64,000 nt of DNA from Acidobacteriota bacterium (GTDB lineage Bacteria; Acidobacteriota; Thermoanaerobaculia; Gp7-AA8), in assembly GCA_003223645.1 (NCBI GenBank), contig QHVT01000004.1, positions 59,334-123,333 of the forward strand. Direction: 5' to 3'. Position 1 is the stretch's first letter. The number at the start of each line of letters is the position of its first letter. A model generated the notes under the pieces. It saw only the letters and a list, made by a program, of their open reading frames with translations. It was not told where the DNA came from and ran no database searches. A program made the position numbers and the translations under genes. This document shows, piece after piece, positions 58,993 through 64,000 of this stretch.

Positions 58993-60314
58993 AGAATCAC
59001 GGAAAACACATCAAGCACATCGAGCACGTCGCCGGCACGACGTACGTCCGCTTGCCGATCATCGCGTTCATCGGCGGCCTGCTCGCGCTCATCGTCCTCA
59101 CGATCGCGTTCTGGTCGGCGAAGCGAAAGCAGGACGCGAAGCTGAACGTGAAGTCGGCGTCGGAGATCCGCACGCTTCTTCCCTCGCTCGTCGGCCTCAC
59201 GCAGTCGACGCTCGACGGCGGCAACAGCGTCCAGGTCCTGCAGAACGGCAACGGATTTTTCCCGCCGATGCTGCGCGACATCGCCGCCGCCCGCGAGAGC
59301 GTGCACGTCGAGACATACATCTGGAGCAAGAGCGCGTTCGCGACGCAGTTTGCGCAATCGCTCGCGGCGAAAGCGCGGCAGGGCGTCGAAGTGCGCGTGC
59401 TCGTCGACGCGTCCGGCGGACGCGATCTCAAGGGCGACACGCAGAAGATCCTGGAGGACGCCGGCGCAAAGGTCGCGCATTTTCATCCCATCCGCATCAG
59501 CAACCTCGGCCGTCTGAACAATCGCGATCACCGCAAGCTCGTCATCATCGACGGCCGCATCGCCTACACCGGCGGCCACGGCATTTCCGCGAACTGGACG
59601 GGCGACGCGCAGGACAAAGAGCATTGGCGCGACACGGGGCTGCGCATCAGCGGCCCGGTCGTCAATCGATTGCAGGCGTGCTTCTCCGAAAACTGGATCG
59701 AGGAGACCGGCGAGATTCCCGCGGGCGACAAGTTCTTTCCGCACATCGCGCCGGCAGGCCCCACCGAGGCGCACGTCGCGTACACGTCGCCGACCGGCAG
59801 CATGTCGTCGGTGGAGATCCTCTACTACCTCGCCATCAAATCCGCGCGGCGCGAGATCCTGATTCAGAATCCATATCTGCTGCCGAACGAGGAGGCGATC
59901 AACGCGCTCGAAGACGCGGTGAAGCGCGGCGTCGACGTGCGCATCATGGTCCCGTCGACCGACGCGACCGACAGCGCGGTCGTGCAGCACGCGAGTCATC
60001 ATCACTTCGGCACGCTGCTCAAGCGCGGGATCAAGCTGTACGAGTACAAACACACGCTGCTGCATCAGAAAGTGATCGTCGTCGACGGCATCTGGTCGTC
60101 CGTCGGCTCGACGAATTTCGACGAGCGCTCGTTCCAGCTCAACGACGAAGTGAACATCGGCCTCCTCGACGCGAACGTCGCCGCGCAGCTGCGCAGCGCG
60201 TTTCAATCCGACCTTCGTTACTGCACGCAACGCCACTTCAACGAATGGCAGAAGCGCTCGCTGTGGCACAAGTTGGAGGATGGGCTGGCATACTTGGCAC
60301 ATGCGCAGATGTAG
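58989..60314 (+). CDS. Phospholipase D-family protein, cardiolipin synthase-like (two HKD motifs)
   Basis: TM anchor, HKD1 RDHRKLVIIDG and HKD2 HQKVIVVDG...GSTNFD. ATGA overlap with the EEP gene. Confidence 0.85.
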   Translation: MKNHGKHIKHIEHVAGTTYVRLPIIAFIGGLLALIVLTIAFWSAKRKQDAKLNVKSASEIRTLLPSLVGLTQSTLDGGNSVQVLQNGNGFFPPMLRDIAAARESVHVETYIWSKSAFATQFAQSLAAKARQGVEVRVLVDASGGRDLKGDTQKILEDAGAKVAHFHPIRISNLGRLNNRDHRKLVIIDGRIAYTGGHGISANWTGDAQDKEHWRDTGLRISGPVVNRLQACFSENWIEETGEIPAGDKFFPHIAPAGPTEAHVAYTSPTGSMSSVEILYYLAIKSARREILIQNPYLLPNEEAINALEDAVKRGVDVRIMVPSTDATDSAVVQHASHHHFGTLLKRGIKLYEYKHTLLHQKVIVVDGIWSSVGSTNFDERSFQLNDEVNIGLLDANVAAQLRSAFQSDLRYCTQRHFNEWQKRSLWHKLEDGLAYLAHAQM

Positions 60315-60400
60315 ATGGCAGATGGCAGATGGCGGATGGCGGATGGCCCCACCGCCCGGCTCGCGCTCCTGCCATCTGCCATCTGCCATCCGCCATCTGC
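60308..60400. repeat. Heptamer-armed hairpin (TAGATGGCAGATGGCAGATGGCGGATGGCGGATGGC - loop - GCCATCTGCCATCTGCCATCCGCCATCTGC)
   Basis: Direct reading, between the PLD-like and GNAT genes. Confidence 0.9.
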
Positions 60401-60403
60401 ATC

Positions 60404-61264
60404 ATGGCAACCCTCCCTGTTGAAGGTCGCTGGTCCGTACGCGCGTTGTCGGAAGACGACGTGCGCCACGCGCTGGAGTTTTTGCGGCGCGATCCGCTGA
60501 TCAACGTCTATCTGATCTCGCGGATCATGGAAGAGCGCTCGCTGGCGACGCAGATCGTGCTCGTCCGCTTCAACGGCGCGATCGTGCTCGTCGCCTCGCT
60601 CGCCACGAACATGGTCCTCGGCGGCGATCCGTCGATCTCCCAGGAGCTCACCGACACCGCGATCATGCTCATCTCCGACCGCATCATCTCGCGCTCGCTG
60701 TCCGTGCGCGCGATCATCTCCCCGCGGCATCTCGTCGAAGCACTGTTCGAGCAGCTGCGGCCGCGGCTCGATCCGCCGACGGTCGTGCGTCTCAGCCAGC
60801 CGGTGTACGCCATCAAGCGGCGGCTCGACTATCCCGATTTGACGGAGTCACGCTTCTCGACGATGCGCGATCTCGACAAGCTCGTGCCGGCGTGCGCGGC
60901 GATGCACAAAGAAGAAGTCGGAATCGATCCGATGGACCGCGACCCGGTGGGATATCGCGAGCGCATTCGCGAGCTGGTGGAGAAAAAGCGCTCGGTCATC
61001 CGCGTCGTCGACGGCCGCATCGCAACGAAGTGCGAGTTCTCTGCGATCACCGGAGACGCGGCGCAGTTGATGGGCGTGTGGACGGATCCGCGTTACCGGC
61101 GCCGAGGTCTGAGCCGCGCATTGCTCGCCGAAGTGTGCGGACATTTCTTCCGCCGCGGGAAGAGCGTCACGCTGTTCGTGAACGACTTCAACAAGCCGGC
61201 AATCGCGCTGTACGAGTCGCTCGGATTTCAGCGCATCGGTGAGAATCGCGCGCTGATCTGGTGA
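60404..61264 (+). CDS. GNAT-family N-acetyltransferase with N-terminal accessory domain
   Basis: C-terminal acetyl-CoA motif (RRRGLSRALLAEVCGHF...ALYESLGFQ). Confidence 0.7.
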   Translation: MATLPVEGRWSVRALSEDDVRHALEFLRRDPLINVYLISRIMEERSLATQIVLVRFNGAIVLVASLATNMVLGGDPSISQELTDTAIMLISDRIISRSLSVRAIISPRHLVEALFEQLRPRLDPPTVVRLSQPVYAIKRRLDYPDLTESRFSTMRDLDKLVPACAAMHKEEVGIDPMDRDPVGYRERIRELVEKKRSVIRVVDGRIATKCEFSAITGDAAQLMGVWTDPRYRRRGLSRALLAEVCGHFFRRGKSVTLFVNDFNKPAIALYESLGFQRIGENRALIW

Positions 61265-61362
61265 ACCGGCGCGAGCATTGCAAAAATCAAAAGCGACGCT
61301 GTGGAAAGCGCAAACGAGCAGCGCGCCGGGCTGAGCTTCACGGTGCGGTCCGGAGGTAGGAA

Positions 61363-61596
61363 ATGCCTGAGATTGGTACAGTAAAGTGGTTCAACAACGA
61401 CAAAGGCTACGGCTTCATCAAACGAAGCACGGGCGAAGACGTATTCGTGCATCACTCTTCGATTCAGGCGTCGGGATATCGCACGCTGAATGAAGGGGAG
61501 CGCGTGGAGTTCGACGTCAAGCAGGGACCGAAGGGACTGCAGGCTGAAAACGTTCGTCGTGCGGGGCAAAGCGAGCACGCCGAAGAAGCCGTTTAG
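61363..61596 (+). CDS. cspA: Cold-shock protein (CspA family)
   Basis: [15 protein letters not shown] (RNP1), VFVHHS (RNP2); ggagg RBS. Confidence 0.95.
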   Translation: MPEIGTVKWFNNDKGYGFIKRSTGEDVFVHHSSIQASGYRTLNEGERVEFDVKQGPKGLQAENVRRAGQSEHAEEAV

Positions 61597-61675
61597 GAAT
61601 TCGCGCGACGGGCAAGTCCGACGCGCGACAACGTTCCAAGAAGGCTAGGCCAATCGACGCAGCCGGCCGTGCCGG

Positions 61676-61854
61676 CTAGTCTTCGTTGGGTTCGCTGGGC
61701 TGGACGCGCGCGGCGAAGAACGCGCCAAGCGCTCCGCCTACGGCCACTGCAGGCAACGCCTGCCCGTGTCCCTCACGGGCGAGAAGAATCGCGGCGATGC
61801 CGCCGGCGAGCAGAATGAGCGTGCGCAGCGCGAAATCACGAATGTCGTATCGCA
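61676..61854 (-). CDS. Possible small membrane protein (59 aa); not in the ORF track (<60 aa)
   Basis: My own translation of the minus strand: MRYDIRDFALRTLILLAGGIAAILLAREGHGQALPAVAVGGALGAFFAARVQPSEPNED. Only hydrophobicity supports it. Confidence 0.25.
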
Positions 61855-61901
61855 TGGTCTGAACCGGCGGTTGGACATCCGCCTGAAACGATTGTACGCC
61901 G

Positions 61902-63854
61902 TTACATCCGCTCGGGCACCGGAATTCCCAGCAGCTCCATCGCCCCTACCATCGTCCGCCGGAAAATCTCCGCCGTCACCGCGCGCCGCTGCCGCTCCGC
62001 GTCGTCCTTCTCATTCATGATCGGATACTTGTGATAGAAGCTGTTGAATCGCTGCGCGAGGTCGAGCAGGTACTGCGTGATCACTGACAGCTCGAGCGAG
62101 TCGACGGCGCGGCGGATCGCGGCGGGCAACTCCGCGCTCGAGCGAATCAGCTCCCACATGTCGTCTGTCAGTCCCTGATTGAGCGTGAGATCGTCGACGA
62201 TGCGCTCTTCAAGGCGCGCCTCGACGCCGCGCTCCTGCATCTTGCGGAAGATGTTCTGCACGCGGACGGTCGAGTACTGCAGATACGGACCGGAGTCGCC
62301 TTCGAAGCGCAGCGCCTCATCGAAGTCGAAGGCGATGACTTTGTTGCGGCCGAAGCGGAGCATGAAGTAGCGCAACGCGGCGACCGCGACCTGGTTTCCG
62401 ATCTCGCCGGCGTTCTCGATGTCGGTGGCATTCGCCTTCACCGCGTCCGTCGCTTTGCGCTCGAGCTCATCGAGCAGATCGTCGGCCTTCACACCGAATC
62501 CCTTGCGGCCCGACATCTCCACGTACGGGCGCGTCGCGTCTTCGTCGGAAACCTCCATGCCGAGGGCTTTCGCGGTCGAGGGCGTGAGCGCGACCATCTC
62601 GTACGAAAAATGAATCGACGCCTCGGCGGCCTTGTCGCCGCCCAGCTTGTGCACGCCTTCCTTCACGACCTTCTGCAAGTACGACTGACGCGAGTCGATC
62701 ACGTTCACGACGCGCGTCGCGCCGCCGAATTTCGGCGCGGCCGGATCGCCGTCCTCGCCGTGCGTCGTCTCCCACACGATGTGGCCGTCCGGATAGGTCG
62801 AGAACTTCTGGTACTGGAACGTGCGGTCGAGGAGGCCGAGCTTCCACAGCTGATATGCGATGTCTTTGCCGGTGTACGTGACGGTGCCGTTGGAGCGCAC
62901 GAGAATCTTGTCGGGCTCCTCCATGCCGGCGAACGTCTCCGACTCGTCGAGCTTCATCACCCAGCAGCCTTTGTGCTTGCCTTCCTCCTCGAACACGAGC
63001 GCGCCCGACTGCTTCAGCAGCTCGAACGCGCGATCCCAGAAGTGCGCGTGAATGATGTCGCTCTCTTTCGGCAGCAGGTCGTACTCGATGCCCAAACGCA
63101 ACATCGTCGCGAGATGGCGCCGCACGATCGCGCGCGCCAGGGTCTTCGCGAGCACGGCCGTGTCGCCTTCCTGCTTCTCGATGCGATGCAGCGTGTCTTT
63201 GCGCCACTCCTGCGCTTCGGGGCGATCGGCGTAGTACTGCGCCATGCGCGAGTACGAATCCCAGCAGAGGTAATCGAAGCGCGGATGCGTGTCGATCAAC
63301 TGCTGCACTTCGGCGACGCTCTTTTTTTCGAGAAGCTCGAACGCGACGACGACGTCCGCGACCTGCACGCCGGTGTCGTCGATGTAGTTCTGCGTCTCCA
63401 CGCGATCGCCGAGCCACTTCGAGCAGCGCACGTACGTGTCGCCGAGGACGGCGTTGCGCAGATGACCGATGTGCGCGGCCTTGTTCGGATTGATGTTCGT
63501 GTGCTCGACGATCACGCGCTCGCCGCTCGGCTTCGCCGGCATCATCACCGTGCGGAAATGCTGCGCCGTGAACGCGCCGCGATCGAAACGAAAGTTGAGA
63601 TAGCCCGCGCCTTCGACGCTGACGCTCTCCACGAATATCGGCAGCGCGAGTCCGTTCGAAAGCTGCTCCGCGATCTCGCGCGGCTTGCGCTTGAGGACTT
63701 TCGCCAGCTCCAGCGCGACCGGCGTCGCAAGATCGCCCATGCTCAACTTCGGCGGCGCCTGCAGCACCACGCGTTCGATCGAATGACCGAAGAGCGCGAG
63801 CACGCGCGATTTCAGGGTTTCGGTGAGTTGCTCGTGAATCGTTTCGAGGATCAT
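61902..63854 (-). CDS. argS: Arginine--tRNA ligase
   Basis: Class-I HIGH motif (AAHIGHLRN), DALR anticodon-binding C-terminus ending ...GIPVPERM. ATG at 63854. Confidence 0.9.
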   Translation of the reverse strand: MILETIHEQLTETLKSRVLALFGHSIERVVLQAPPKLSMGDLATPVALELAKVLKRKPREIAEQLSNGLALPIFVESVSVEGAGYLNFRFDRGAFTAQHFRTVMMPAKPSGERVIVEHTNINPNKAAHIGHLRNAVLGDTYVRCSKWLGDRVETQNYIDDTGVQVADVVVAFELLEKKSVAEVQQLIDTHPRFDYLCWDSYSRMAQYYADRPEAQEWRKDTLHRIEKQEGDTAVLAKTLARAIVRRHLATMLRLGIEYDLLPKESDIIHAHFWDRAFELLKQSGALVFEEEGKHKGCWVMKLDESETFAGMEEPDKILVRSNGTVTYTGKDIAYQLWKLGLLDRTFQYQKFSTYPDGHIVWETTHGEDGDPAAPKFGGATRVVNVIDSRQSYLQKVVKEGVHKLGGDKAAEASIHFSYEMVALTPSTAKALGMEVSDEDATRPYVEMSGRKGFGVKADDLLDELERKATDAVKANATDIENAGEIGNQVAVAALRYFMLRFGRNKVIAFDFDEALRFEGDSGPYLQYSTVRVQNIFRKMQERGVEARLEERIVDDLTLNQGLTDDMWELIRSSAELPAAIRRAVDSLELSVITQYLLDLAQRFNSFYHKYPIMNEKDDAERQRRAVTAEIFRRTMVGAMELLGIPVPERM

Positions 63855-64000
63855 GCCGGCTCCACACAATGCGTGGTGTCATTCCACAATTTCAGGACCC
63901 AGCGATCGCCGCGCCGCAGGAACACGTTCAACGCCGCGTTGTCCTGCGCGAGATGGCGCGACGTCGCGATCGAGGCGCCAAGGAGATGCGTGGCGCCGAT
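63851..64000 (-). CDS. 3' end of an unidentified minus-strand gene whose stop overlaps the argS start (ATGA); 5' part lies outside the window
   Basis: My own translation: ...IGATHLLGASIATSRHLAQDNAALNVFLRRGDRWVLKLWNDTTHCVEPA*. Open to the window edge. Confidence 0.3.
   Translation of the reverse strand: MGATHLLGASIATSRHLAQDNAALNVFLRRGDRWVLKLWNDTTHCVEPA

Noticed and set aside
61265-61362. tRNA or other small RNA in the longer intergenic gaps (61265-61362, 61597-61675, 9059-9145, 37157-37242)
   Set aside because: No cloverleaf-compatible sequence (no GTTC...loop or acceptor pairing) was seen on inspection. I interpret these as 5' UTR/promoter regions (cspA leader, TBDR promoter, SLT/RlpA divergent promoter).

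Overview
High-GC (~68%) chromosomal segment, probably from an Acidobacteria-like soil bacterium. The evidence for that is a PadR regulator paired with an ADOP-type FtsX/MacB permease, and two TonB-dependent receptors with carboxypeptidase-regulatory-like N-termini. Gene content is mostly housekeeping and envelope functions:
- ClpC, sucCD, argS, miaA, cspA, moeA, comEC
- a complete lysine/DAP operon asd-lysC-dapB-dapA-dapD-dapC
- a MurNAc/GlcNAc recycling operon murQ-anmK-nagA-nagB
- SLT and RlpA lytic transglycosylases
- cell-wall-type hydrolases, a VapBC-like pair, an Uma2 nuclease, and an FHA-GAF-PP2C phosphatase

The most unusual content is non-coding. The window is littered with intergenic hairpins whose arms are short tandem repeats. 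One family uses (GGATGGCR)n/(GCCATCY)n heptamers and occurs five times; other families use ATAGGAC-, GAAGGCA-, AGCAGAA- and GGCCTCC-type arms. A ~100-bp MITE-like perfect palindrome is present twice, once inserted in-frame inside an RlmD/RumA-type methyltransferase gene. There are also two long tandem arrays: 42 bp x ~10.5 with an embedded GTGAT-N5-ATCAC palindrome, and 21 bp x ~14. Several gene pairs have divergent starts only 13-18 bp apart or even overlapping. The best candidate for an undescribed protein system is a same-strand cluster of a signal-less class-A beta-lactamase-like hydrolase, a YcbK/M15-like peptidase and a 504-aa GCS2-like carboxylate-amine-ligase homolog, sitting beside SLT and RlpA. 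Coordinates of starts are +/- a few nt. Many long antisense ORFs in the six-frame track are high-GC artefacts.
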